NCBI GenBank assembly: GCA_964234715.1
Contig: OZ174277.1
Source: Podarcis melisellensis
Lineage: Eukaryota
Length of the DNA: 64,000 nt
Direction: 5' to 3' (one strand)
Shown here: positions 24,151 to 36,900 of the stretch, piece after piece
Position numbering within the stretch: the first letter of the stretch is position 1
Layout of the letters: the number at the start of each line of letters is the position of its first letter
Notes under the pieces: model-generated
The model's input: only the letters and a program-made list of their open reading frames with translations
Told to the model about the DNA's origin: nothing
The model's database searches: none
Position numbers and translations under genes: made by a program

Positions 24151-24984
24151 TACCTATCACTACCTGCTTCAATTAGAACAACAGATTTTGAATTGGATTT
24201 AAACAAGAAGAGTTACATTAGGGGCCGCTGGTGGGTTGGGCTGCAGTTTTTAGCCTGACATGTTTTCATAGGAAGTGAGTGTGCGGCACTTTTTAAGGAA
24301 AGGGTGCCATTACACATGTGCAGAGTGCTGCTGTCTCCACACTTTCTCTAAAATAAGGGGGGGGGGTTATTCTTGCGCATCTACGGACATCTTCCAGGCA
24401 AGAGCACTCAAGTATGATTTTCAAACAAGGTTGACTCCATAACTCTTATTTAGAAATTTAGTAGTTCCATGTAAATTTTAAAATGCATGTATCGATTTCA
24501 CCGTCCATTGCCACAACTCTAAACATAGTACACACAACTTTTTAAAATGCGAGGAACACTTGCTTCCAATGGCATGCAGTTTTCATGCCTCTACAAATCA
24601 GTTTAACTTTTAATGATAAAAAATGCTTTCTTAGGTTTTTTTTAAATGATTCCAACCAACAGACCAAATGAAATAAAATAAAATAATTTCAGCCAGGGCA
24701 TAGCAGAACATAGTTGCAATGCACGGTTCAGTACTGAAAATGACATGGCTCATGTGCAGAGCATGGCATTAGGGTAATCATAATTGGCCTCTGTGTTAGG
24801 AATAGTATTTTCCTGATTTGAGGAAGGATGTAGAGTCAGTCACTGTGATATTTAAACAGGCATAGAGACCAAACTTTTCGTTTTAAAAATTTACTGGCAA
24901 ACTCTCAAAAAAGCAACCTCTAAGTAATAGTAACTGCATTTTCATGCATTCCTTAAACTAGGAGAGAGGCTTGTTGGAAGCAGA

Positions 24985-25050
24985 TCTGCAAGCTTGGTGG
25001 ATCAGGGGAATGCTGTGGACATAGCGTTTCTTGATTTCAATAAGGCTTTT
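24985..25050 (+). mobile_element. Small CR1 RT fragment
   Basis: Encodes LVDQGNAVDIAFLDFNKAF, similar to the RT motif in the 52.2-kb CR1 copy. Confidence 0.7.
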
Positions 25051-25599
25051 AAGCATCACTTAAATCCTAAAATGAGTGGTGGGGATGAACTTCATGGATA
25101 TCCTCCAAAATGTTTGCACTTCCCCCCTTCTAAAAAAACAAACAAAAACATTTTGCTTCTCAGTGAGTGACTGTGAACATGTACAGAACACCTTTCCTAT
25201 TGGATGGGAAGCATCTAAAAATCTATATCTGAGCATAGAGTCCATGGGTAGCCAACTTGGTGCCTTCCACGTTAATGGATAGGACCTTCCCTACCAAGCA
25301 GAGAGGCACTACTTCACACAACTGATCGAGGGTGTCATGGAAAAGCAGCAATTCATTAACTATTTAATTTATTTCTTTTTTAGTACCAAGGAGGGAGGAG
25401 AGGTACTTGTGGGATTTTATGCCTCAGCTGTCATAATAACTTGATAGGGCTTGGGTAAGCACCTTTATATGCATAGTCATATGCAGTTCTGCTTCTTGAC
25501 ATATGCAGGTGTAGGAGTGAATGTGCAAGGCAGATAGATGTATTGCTGCTGTAATGGGCTGGATGAGAGCCAATAACCTGAAGCTTAATCCATAGAAGA

Positions 25600-26150
25600 C
25601 GTAAGGCAATGGTAGGGAGTGGTTCCTGAGACTGAATGGAGTGGATTTTGTCTGGATTGGGTTACACTACCTCTGAAGGACTTCTGGATCCATTACTGTT
25701 GCTCAAAGCTCAAGCCTTGCAGTGAGGTGCCTTCCACCATACACCCTGCATGGACAAGCACAGTTTAACATCTGTTGTCTAGGCTCTGGTTAGATTACTG
25801 CAATGCATTATATGTAGGGCTGCCTTTGAAGATGGTTTGGAAACTGCAGCTGGTGCAGAATTCAGTGGCCAAATTGCTGACCAGGGAACGATGGTCCAAA
25901 CATATAAAACCAATTATGGTATGACTGCTCTAGATGCCAATTACCTTCTGGGCTCAATTCATAGTGCTGGTTTTGACCTAAAAAGCCTTATGTGGCTCAG
26001 AACCCCAATACCTCAAGGATTGCCTCTCCTTTCATGAACCAACTTGGAGCCTGTGTTCCCTTTCCAAGGCCCTTCCACAGGGTGTGGAAAGTGGTGACAT
26101 GAGAACAGGCTTTTCAGTGGTGGCTCTCTGCTTGTGGAATGACTTTAGGC
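25600..26150 (+). mobile_element. L2 LINE ORF2 3' fragment
   Basis: ttagattactgcaatgcattatatgtagggctgcctttgaagatggtttggaaactgcagctggtgcagaat = LDYCNALYVGLPLKMVWKLQLVQN, a typical L2 ORF2 C-terminal motif. Confidence 0.85.
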
Positions 26151-26235
26151 ACCAGTATGGACAGCTTTAATACATTTTTTGTGAGTTAGTAAAAATGTTA
26201 ACTCTAAGTTGTAATTGGCATTTCTGCTACCTGTA

Positions 26236-26465
26236 TCGTGGTACCTTGGTTCTCGAACTCAATCTGTTATGGAAGTCCGCACAACTTCCAAAACATTAGA
26301 AAATCAAGGCCTGATTTCTGATTGGCTAATTGGCCCAGGAAACAATGCTGACAGCCAAAACAGACATTTGGCTTCTGAAAAACATTCGCAAACTGGAACA
26401 CTTATGTCTGGGTTTGTGGCATTTGGGAGCTGATTTGTTCATCAACTAAGCTGTTTGGGAACTAT
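26236..26465. mobile_element. Degenerate pogo/Tigger-like MITE, right end eroded
   Basis: Starts gtggtaccttggttctcgaact, resembling the terminus of the 61589 element. Confidence 0.55.
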
Positions 26466-26699
26466 TTTTTGCCATTATATGTGTTTCTTTCAGATACTTA
26501 AGCCCAGTAACTCTGAAGTAGCACAATTTGAAGCAGTAGTTGGCTCCTGTTTCTACATGCTGTGGAACCATAACCAGGAGCTGATTCTGTGTGTACTGCA
26601 GGGGTAGAGAACCTTTTTTATTTTGAGGACCTCAGTCCCTTATGAAGGGCCCATATCAGTGGTGGACAGAGGAATAAATGCAAATTTTACGTTGGTATA

Positions 26700-27272
26700 T
26701 GCCAAAGAGCGAGCTGGCAGTAAATTACAGAGTTCAGAGTTGGAGGAAACTCTTTATCAGCAGAAACACAAACTGCAGAGACTAGGCCAAGTGTCGGGCC
26801 TAATGAGCACAGCTGCTCCTCCCAGTAGGTCTTACTCCATGAATCAATTGCTGAGACTCACCACAGCTGTCAATAAGTCCACTCCACTCCAGTGCTTTTT
26901 CCAAGAAAAAGTGCCTGTGTGTAGCCAATCTCACATCCACCCTTTTCATGCCTTTCCTGGTTCTGGGAGATTGAGGGTGTGGGGAGCTTGTTGCAGCAGG
27001 AGAGGGGATACCTGTGACTTTTCAGCAGCCTGACTCATCTCTGCCTTGTTCTCACCTCCTTCAGCTCCTGCATCTGATTCTGGTCTTCTTTCTGCCAAAC
27101 TCTTAGCTCACTAAGCCCTGTTCCCTCTTCAACTTCTGACACCTCTTCCCATTCTTCCCCCTCGTCTCCAGCGTCATCCCATCAGTGTTCCATGGTCTCC
27201 GAGTCTTCTTCCCTTGGTGGTTCTCCAGCTGGTTTCTCCCACCATTCTTCTGCGTCCAACCAGTTCATGACA
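26700..27272 (-). mobile_element. Solo LTR (~573 bp) nested in a hAT-like element (~26599-27515)
   Basis: TG...CA ends (minus strand starts tgtcatgaactgg); near-identical 5-bp flanks gtata / gtaca; the host begins caggggtagagaacc and resumes after the LTR. Confidence 0.7.
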
Positions 27273-28314
27273 GTACAGCCCTCTAGTTTCTTTGCACTCT
27301 CACATCCCTCTTGGGCCTCCATCCAGACCACCAAGAAGCACCATCAGAGTTCAAGGAAACATTCCAGCCAGGTAAAAGCACTCAAGAGTGGGGCAAAGCA
27401 AGACTGGTAAGGGGCGTGGATTTGGAGGTGTTGTGACATAAGGAGAGCTTCAAGGGCCAGGCAGAGAGGCCTGGAGTGCTGCATTTGGCCCCTGAGCCCA
27501 AATGTCCCCGCATACAGTGACAACAATGGCAGTTGGGTCCTATTGGTTACATAAAGATACTTGCTGTCCCCCTGTGCCACCCCCTTCCCATTTTTGTACT
27601 AAAATGCTCTCAATCTCTTTAACAATTGCTGCAGTGCCTGGTCAAGTAAACATTTTTGTCATACATCAGTATTAAGTGGCATACCAACAGAATGAAGAGT
27701 AATGATAGAAAGTTCTGCATATGTCACAGTTAAGGATTATGTTAAGGATATGAATGCTTAAGTGTTGGTGAAATGTTTGGTACAATTCTTCAAAAATAAA
27801 GGGGAGAAATCCCCCCAAACATCCCAATATGGACTGAGCATGCTTAGTGGATACAAAATGCTGACTGTTGGAGGAAGGAAAACAGAAAACTGCAGTCAAT
27901 ATATTGGTATATCCTAGCGGAGGGCATTGTTTGCTGGAATCGTGAACAGGAACACTCTACACAGCAACACTGTGGCAGCAGGTTCCACTGTATACCTTTT
28001 TTGCCACAATGTAACTGGGAAACAATAAAACACTAAAAGATGTTAAACATAACACAGAAGAAATCAATTAGAAACTTATGAAAAGTTCATCAAGTTAATT
28101 TTTATTGTGCTGCCAAGAGCCAAATTACAAGAAACCGTCTTACATTTTAAAAAGTAAACAAGCAATCTGCCGAATTGCAGTGCACTCCAAGTGCCACATA
28201 TGCTTCTATTTATTTTTTTTCAGAAAATTATCTGCATTTCTCTTACAAGAGCACAACAGGAACCAAAGTAAAAGAATGTAATGGATACAGCACATAGGAT
28301 AAATAATATCTTCA

Positions 28315-28355
28315 AAATAATAATAAAATAATAATAATAAAATAATAATAATAAA
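28315..28355. repeat. (AAT)-rich compound microsatellite in CRIM1 3'UTR
   Basis: aaaataataataaaataataataataaaataataataataaaa. Confidence 0.9.
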
Positions 28356-29430
28356 ACATTTTACACCATGTCCTATATCCTGCTAATATTTCTCAGAATA
28401 TGGCCTTGATTGTAAAATAAAAGCAAGCATTTACAATTTCTGGATAACGACTGCTTACTCTTATGAAAGGAATGGATGATTTATCTTGACAGAATCTGGG
28501 TAATAACTGGAGAGTAACATTTGTTTCAGTGTTGTCATATGAGTATAAAATGCTGGGGGAAGTGACTACATTTTTTCTTTGTTTTTTGGAAACTGAATTT
28601 ATAAACAGAAAAAATGTTGAGCCTTTATGATACACCTATTTTTCTCTTTGATGCAAACAGCTAGAACACTTTTTGATATTCTAAAACAAGACATTTGTTA
28701 ATCTTCGGATTAATAAATTAGGTCATATAATAAATTAGGTTTTTCAGTTTTAAAGTTCAGTAACCTCTGACCAAGTATTTACAACAATACTTGAGAGTTC
28801 CTTTACAAAAAATACATTTTCTTTTCACATTAAGCATACTGGGTATCTGTGTCTTATGACAAGCAACTGTAAAAGAAAGAGGCATACACAAATGGGCAGT
28901 TAGTATAAAAGTGCCAAGACATATTTGGAAAAGTTAATGTTGTATGATACAGTTAAAAGTTACGAGTCAAGCTGCAACAAACTTCCAGCTAGTTGTAGAC
29001 TGTACTCCAGTAGTTGTTTCAAACAACTGTTTTCAAATATATCCAAATGCTGATGCAGTTAAGTTGTGGAACTGATGAGTGCTGCCTGTATGTTATCAGT
29101 GTATCTAGCCAATGCATTGAATTAACAGCCTTTTTAAGGCCATGCAGGAAAAGAAAAAGGAACACACCCTGAAATGTAGCAAGTAGCAAGAGCAATGCTT
29201 ACTGCTAAAATTGTGCACATACTGTACACATATGCAAACACAAGGGCACGCGTGCACACACACTTGCATACTCACACTTTCAAATCAAATAAAACTAGGT
29301 AGAATGAGATACTCTCATCTCGTCTTTCCTAAACACAAATGATTAAGCAAAAATGTGGAATGCCTGTGTTTCTGTTCTGGGTAAAATCTCAGTTAAAAAT
29401 ACATTCAACAGGGGAAAATACAAAATTATA

Positions 29431-29587
29431 NNNNNNNNNNNNNNNNNNNNNNNNNNNNNNNNNNNNNNNNNNNNNNNNNNNNNNNNNNNNNNNNNNNNNN
29501 NNNNNNNNNNNNNNNNNNNNNNNNNNNNNNNNNNNNNNNNNNNNNNNNNNNNNNNNNNNNNNNNNNNNNNNNNNNNNNNNNNNNNNN
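29431..29587. other. Assembly gap (157 N)
   Basis: Run of N within the CRIM1 3'UTR. Confidence 1.
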
Positions 29588-29892
29588 TTTGTTTCCAGCA
29601 TAACTTTATTTACATAAATATTTCTATAAAGCTAAAGTTTTAAAGAAGCATGATCTCCTTTCTTTCTGAGCTTCCAAAAAGGTGCTTGAGTAATATACAA
29701 TTAAAATTAAGCAGCTTCCTAGCATGGAAGTTGTTTCTAGTCTGCATAATCAGTAACAGAAAAAACCCTTAACATGATAAAAAAAAAGTAATCTGAGCAA
29801 GATCTTCATCCAACTAATCTATTTCTTTTCTTCCAATGAAATATCTTTGAACCACCTGAAATTGATACACAATGGTAAAAGAAAGAAAAAAA

Positions 29893-29893
<1 letters not shown>

Positions 29894-29925
<32 letters not shown>
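29894..29925. repeat. (CA)n microsatellite in CRIM1 3'UTR
   Basis: acacacac... run; (UG)n in the mRNA. Confidence 0.95.
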
Positions 29926-29929
<4 letters not shown>

Positions 29930-30756
29930 CACGCACACACAAGCTCTGGAATCAGATGGTGTTTTTAACTTTCCTCCCTTTCTCTCCCTCGCCACTACTG
30001 TTGTCAAAAGATCCAGTGCTCATATCAGGAATTATACAGGCCTTAGCCACTTGCTGATTGGAAAAAAAAACCAAAACAAAACTTGACAAACAGCATCAAA
30101 AGGAAAAACAAAAAGCAGCACAAGGTATAATTGTACACAGCTTCAATAATTCACCCTTTGCAATTCTGCTTTAATGTTTCCCTCACTATGTCATTAGCTC
30201 TTGCAGCTTCTGATCAGGTAGAAAAACATAGTTGCAGCTATACCACACCTGTGATGTGACAGGTACTATATTTTTGTAGCACAGCTGAAAAAAAAACCCA
30301 GACTTGGTTATTTAAGTTCAGGTATGGTTATGCTTATACTTCACTGCAATAAATGCTATTTTGGAGTGATAGGAAAAAAGCTATATTCTTATATTGTTTG
30401 ACTCCAAGTCAAGCTGACCAGCTTTTCTTCTTTGAGGCTTCCTGTTATTACCACTCAAACTCAACCCCAATTTCCCCTTTCCAAACAATCTCTATTACTA
30501 TGTTACAAGCAAAACATCTTAACAAGTTTGAAAACTTTGGTTCTAAGAAAACACTTGGTCAGTTATCGCAAGGAGAAATGGGAATGCTTGTTCTGGCACA
30601 CTGCAGGAGTCAGAGCCCATCCCAGTAAGGTCTTAGAGCTGTACATGAAGTCACAAATCCAATACAATCCACTAAGCAAGTGCACAATTCTAGTTTTATC
30701 TTAATAGCAGACTCAGTCTTTGTTTCTTCTTAACTTCTTTGTAAGGGTGCAACTTC

Positions 30757-30933
30757 TCACACTGTCTGATAGAAATTATCTGCCTGTAAGTTGTTCTGTT
30801 TTTGCATGCTGTAGAATCCACTGTATCTTGAGTCTGGGTCAGCAATTCTGAGCATCCTTTGAGAACTGTCCACCTGAACCATAGTTCCTTTCTTGCAGTC
30901 TACGTACACCAACTGATTGTTTAGACAAGAAGG
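30757..30933 (-). CDS. CRIM1: CRIM1 exon 17, coding part (cytoplasmic tail)
   Basis: caacag|PSCLNNQLVYVDCKKGTMVQVDSSQRMLRIADPDSRYSGFYSMQKQNNLQADNFYQTV*. Confidence 0.96.
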   Translation of the reverse strand, partial: PSCLNNQLVYVDCKKGTMVQVDSSQRMLRIADPDSRYSGFYSMQKQNNLQADNFYQTV

Positions 30934-33900
30934 CTGTTGGAATATAGAAAGGCAAAGAATAGGAAGTCAGGATACATACGAGCTAGTAGTCCTTGCCACA
31001 TCTTTTGGTAGAGCATTTCATAAGTCAATTATGTGCTGTGCGGAACAGTGATTTCTTTAACTTAGGAAGCTGGCTTTTACGAAGTCAGACAATAGCCCAA
31101 CTAGCTCAGAATTACCCATAATGACTGGGAGATGTTAACCAAGAATTCACACAGGAATCTCCCCACCCTACCTGGAGGGGCCAGGAATTGAATCAGGGAC
31201 TTTTGCATGCAAAGAGCATGCTTTACCACTGAGCTGTGACCTGAACCTACTGCCAAAAATTAGCTCATGCTTTGCATGTAAAAAAATCCCAGGTTCAATC
31301 CTAAGGATCTCCATTTAAAAGAATTGTGTAGCAGATAAAACCCGGAAGAGCTGCCATCTGTCAGAACAGAGTAGATAATATTGGACAAGATAGACAAATG
31401 GTCTGATTTGGAATCAAACGGCTTCCCAAGTCCCTGTGATTTATATGAATGCAAGTTCTAGCATTGTGAGCATCACTGTTAACCATAATCGTTGGTCCCA
31501 ATAAAGATTGGAATCAAAAGCTAGAGAACACAATCCAAATAGCAGAAGAACACTCAGTTAATTTGCATGCACAAAAGTGACCTCCACGAGTCCATCATTT
31601 GGATCCTTCACAGTGTACTCCTACTCTAGTGAATAATGGCAAGCAGAGAGGATTCAATAAGTACCTGATGCAGCCTTTGGCCACAAATGAAGGTCTTTCT
31701 GCTACCTATGATAAGTAATATTAAGCGCAGAAGGGAAAGCTGCAACAAAGGTCGCAGCTGCATCTTTTTATATATAAAGGCCCAGGCAAGCGTTGATGTT
31801 TCAGACCTTGAACCTACTAGGGGAGAAACTCTAGATCAGGCATCCCCAAACTTGGTCCTCTAGCTGTTTTGGGACTACAACTCCCATCATCCTTAGCTAA
31901 CAGGACCAGTGGTCAGGGATGATGGGAATTGTAGTCCCAAAACATCTGGAGGGCTGAGTTTGGGGGTGCCTGCTCTAGATCTTATTTGAACAAGACCCCA
32001 TACAATCTGGGGTGTAATTTAAATCATGTTCAAAGGGAAAAGCCAGACAGACATTAGTATTTGCCCTCCTGCCTTTTTGGAGCTTTCTGCCATCCCTTTT
32101 CAATTTTTGTTCAACTGTCTTAGCCAGTTCTAGAAATCATGCTACCTGTTTATACCAAATGCAGTACAAGAAAGATGGTTATATATGAACTCCATTTACC
32201 TTTGTTGGTGCTCTGTAGCAGGACACTGGTATCCACTGCTTTTTCTGATTGATAAGTAGAAGTGCTATTATAAGAACGAGAGCTGTCATGATGGGCACTG
32301 TCACCCAGGCAAGAGAACTAAGAGATGCCTCTGCACTTGGTTGCGATCCTCTGGTTTCTCTATAATCCCCCTGAAGATGACCCATATCTGAAAGGCGTGA
32401 ATAAGCACGTTGGTAATGAACAATTAAATAACACCCCTAATAGAGAATCAGAACAGCTCCATCATGTCACTATTTTTAAAATCCCAAGGCAAGACACCAT
32501 TCTTAGTAACAATAATTCTACACTTTACCCTATCAAGTTACCTTGGCTATGCATTATCTTACATAATAAGATGACATGTAACAACAAAGTGAAAGAATAC
32601 TATAAAATTACAGTAGAAATTACAGTAAAATGCATGAAATATTTCTATGGCACTAAAACATGCTATTGAAGACATGGAAGGGAACTGATTCTGGTAAAGT
32701 CCATAATGTTTGAATCCAACATACCTAAAGGATCACCTCTTCTTCCTTACTCTTTACAGTAGGGGTGGGTAACCTTTGGCCCTCCAAACATTATTGGGAC
32801 TGCAGCTCCCAATTCCCTGACTACTGGCAGTGTTGGCTGAAGTGGACAGAGTTTGCAAGTCCAACATCTGGAGAGCCACAGGTGCACTACTCAGCCTTTT
32901 GAATTGACTGTCATCTTGAGTTTATCATTTTACACAACATTGTGACCACACTGTTGGCAAGGAAGCCCTTCCAGTGAGGGATGCCTCAACGCACCTGCCC
33001 AAACAGTAGGCAGAAGCTACTAGCAGCAGCAGCCCCCATACAATGGCCAACAGAAAGCAAAGCACAGTAATCTCAGGGGCCACGGAATCCTGAGCTGTCC
33101 CTGATGTCATCAAGTGACAGCAATGGGCCCAATGCAGATATCACTGTTCCGTAAGTAAGTCTTAACTGGAGCTAGATATTTCTTATAATTTATAGGCATA
33201 CTATTTTGAGAAGATGAGTTGTTGAAAGCTTTATATACATTTATATTCACTGATCCAATTCCAATTTAACATCGTAACAGAATTAAAACCATATTAGAAT
33301 TGCTTGAATTATTTTTTTTTAATGCAGCAACTACACTGATTACCCCAAAAGAAATAATCCTTCTGTTTATTATCTGCTTTGCCTCTGGTTGTTTTAATCT
33401 GATGAAACCACATGAATTTAGAGGCTTTTCCTATTGTCTTATTGCTATAAGACAAAGGTGAGATATGAGGTTGATTGGAAAGGCATCTACAATAGGTGAT
33501 GTGGGTGAATGTAGACTAAACGTACAATGCTTGTATCAATATAAGCAGAAACTCCTAAGTAGTTGGATGTAAAAAGAGAAGAAGAAAAAAGAAGAGAAGC
33601 ATGGCGGTAGATACTGGACTTAGGCTCTGTAGTGAAACCTGGTTCTCTTAGTCATGGATATGTTTTTTAAAAGACTCCAAAAAGTGATTTTGAGCAAAAA
33701 CCCCTCCCAAGCAGCCTCTGATTCATGACATGAAATACAATTTACCTCTGTGGATATGAACAATGTCATTTTCACTGTGTGTAGGCCAAACTGGTGCTTC
33801 CAGTTCATTATTTCCTCTATGATTTGTCTTCTCAATTGGAATGTTGGTAGGTTCAGGTACATACATTTCTATTAAAAAAAGAAAATTGTCAAAGGAACTT

Positions 33901-36900
33901 ATAGCCATTAAGCTTCATTCCATACATTTCCTGCATTTTAATGTTTTACTCTATCCTGCCCACCTACTGCTTCTATCATGAGGCCAAAGTAAAACTATGA
34001 AGTGTTTGAGATACCTTTTGATACTTCATTAATGTTTTTCTTGATATTTTCTGGCACATTTGTTGTTCCTGAACATGACCAAGAAGGTAATTTTTGAGTC
34101 ATCAAAAATAAAATACAGTGGTGCCCCGCAAGACGAACGCCTCGCAAGACGAAAAACCCGCTAGACGAAAGGGTTTTCCGTTTTGGAGGCGCTTCGCAAA
34201 ACGAATTCCCCTATGGGGTTGCTTCGCAAGACGAAAAAAATCTTGCATCCCCCCGCGGGTTTTTTTCGCTTTTTTCGCCCTTTTCTTAAGCCGCTAAGCC
34301 GCTTATCAGCTGTTCCGCTGATAAGCCGCTTAACAGCTGATCGCTGGAAGCCGCTTGACAGCTGTAGCGCTAATCCACTAAGCTGTCAATGGGCTTGCTT
34401 CGCAAGACGAAAAAACCGCTATACGAAGAGCCTCACGGAACGGATTAATTTCGTCTTGCGAGGCACCACTGTAATTTAAACAAAGGCCTGCTCTAAGTGT
34501 ATCACTACTGGAAAAAGGCACAATAAGTAGGCTTATGTGCTCTTCTCTCTTCCTCCAGTACAGATGCATGGAGGAGATTTGAGAAAGTTGCTTCCTCTTT
34601 AACAGTAGCTGTAATTTATTGTTAGATCCAAAAAGGGCAAACTGTGGTTCAACTACAGCTTATTTTCAAACAGTTATACCTGAGAGGACAAAATGGGTAG
34701 GGGAGTGTGTGAACCTATGGCTACCTAATGTTAAATCACAGTTTACTTAACATCTGAAATAGGCCAAATAAAACACTGTAGAACAAGCAAAACTTAAAAA
34801 CTGTGATAGAAATAAATAAATAAATAAATAAATAAATAAGGCATTTCTGTTTATTGAAGCATATTTGAATGGCTGAATTATTTGTTCTGAGAGAAAACAG
34901 GAAAATATTCATTTGCTGTATTCCAAATCCTGATTCAAGATATATTACATCTGAAACAAAAACAAAATGTTTACTTAATCCTCAGTCTAAATCAGGCATC
35001 CCCAACCTTCGGCCCTCCAGATGTTTTGGACTACAATTCCTATCATCCCTGACCATTGGTCCTGTTAGCTAGGGATCATGGGAGTTGTAGGCCAAAACAT
35101 CTGGAGGGCCGCAGGTTGGGGATGCCTGGTCTAAATGATACCAGCGGTGTCGTCTTATCTTTCTCAATAGAGTAGCTATATTGTAAGATAGTTGCCGGGA
35201 AGGTTTCAAAGGAGACAGTTTGGTTACCAGTATGTCTTGCAATCCTGGATTTGAATAGTATTTGCGTGTCTAGGCGAAGTGATGATCTATTTTATGCATG
35301 TGCAAAATTCCTGACAAACTCTTAACATAAATATGAACATAACTTACCTGGACACATGGGACAGCAACTTCCTTCCACGTTGATGGGCTCCACACAAGGA
35401 AGAGGAGGGCAACTGACTGTGGAGCAAAGGGTCTGACCCTGCAGACAGTAGCAGTGTGTGCAGCTATCAATATCCCAACGCTCTTCATCCGCGTATGTTT
35501 TCCCATTAAAGTGACACACTGCCTTCTTTGATGTTGTGTCTTCTGTTGAAATAACATTGCCACAATTGGGAGTTTAGAAAGCCATTTCAGAGTAATTGAG
35601 AAAGAGAAACAAGTGATTATAGACCCTGCCTTGGGACTAGATGATTTGTTGTTGTCGTTGCGTGGCAGGTTGACATTCTGCTCTTGGCTGGAAGCATCTG
35701 TTTACTGCTAATCAAATAATATATAGCAGGTACTGAAGTTCCGTTATGAGGAGAAAGGAATCAAATAAATTTTGCAGATCTTCTGAGATCTGAATTGTTC
35801 TCTCCAACTTTTTCAGTTAGTGAGAAATTAAAACATTTTTGTGTTAATGTTTTTCAGTTTATAAAATAGATAATGTATGTATTTAAACGTTTTTCAGTTT
35901 ATAAAATAGATAATGTATGTATTTAATGTGGTGTTGTGACTGGAGTATCAATACTAACCAGCAAAATCAGAGTTAAAACCTTTGCTCAGTTAGTTATGAA
36001 GTCATTAGGTTAGTCTCCTTTCTCTGCATTAATTCCTCCTCTGTGAAATGGTAATAACAGTCTGCCTTATACCTGATAAGCAGTGGAAAGACTTAAATGT
36101 ACTGGAAAAAATTATTAATAGAGCCATTATGCTAAAACCAAAACTGGTTTTACTGAAGATACCTTAAGTAAAATAAGTCCATAGTTCTTATTTCTCTTGG
36201 TTTCCAATGAAATTCAAAATAAAAACTATATATGTCTATGCTTAATACAACTATTGTTTAATTATATTTTAAAAGTTTCAGAAACTCAAGCAGAGATGCA
36301 TGAAACTTCTCTAACAAAGCAAACCAAAACCACTCTTATTCTGGGCTGGGGTATTTGGCTTAGGTGATCTTTTGGCATCCCACCAGCTGCTGGGCAGTAT
36401 TATGTAAGGTTCCTCCCAGTGGGAATGGTATGTTCTGAGGGCAAGAAGTGGGCAATGGATGCCAATATGGTATCAGAGCCATTGTGTGACAGCACTAGAC
36501 ACAATTGCCTTGCCCTTTCCTGCACTGCAGTCACAACCCTAAATTGCTAAAATTTAGTAACTTTATGAATTATTACTTACAATGTTTTCTATTTGCTACA
36601 TTTTAATTCTAACTTTCCTCCAAGTTGCTCGCTGGGGTGCACATGATTCCTCCATTTTATCCTTATATCATGGTTCATACATTTCTGGGTTACTGGGTCA
36701 TTTCTAGAATCTTCCCTATTCAGAAATTGCTGAGAAAATATTTCAGTATCCAGGTTTAGGGGATTACTCTACAGTGAACAACTAGGAAGGCATGATTTGG
36801 GTATTGACGTCTATGTAGTGTGGGGAGACCACAGTGGAAGAGGGGTGTTGAAGAAACACAATAACCTGAGGCTTATTACAGATGTGATGGGATTAAAATA

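Larger units (their letters stand above)
28080..30756 (-). other. CRIM1: CRIM1 3'UTR with candidate poly(A) signal AATAAA at 28101-28106
   Basis: AU-rich, TE-poor stretch after the stop codon, ending at tttatt (plus strand) 28101-28106; the TE-rich intergenic DNA begins a few hundred bp beyond it. Confidence 0.65.

Noticed and set aside
23265-24172. Long overlapping ORFs (250 aa +, 213 aa -, and a 132-codon in-frame extension upstream of the FEZ2 ATG)
   Set aside because: Expected stop-codon scarcity in a GC-rich CpG island. Only the frame from ATG 23776 resembles a known protein and has a strong Kozak context.
29339-29643. ORFs containing runs of X
   Set aside because: Artefacts of translating through the assembly gap.
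34120-34460. Repeated cgcaagacgaa motifs with variable spacers, superficially CRISPR-like
   Set aside because: The repeats are 11 bp, irregularly spaced and enclosed by TIRs with a TA TSD in vertebrate DNA; this is a MITE and there are no cas genes.
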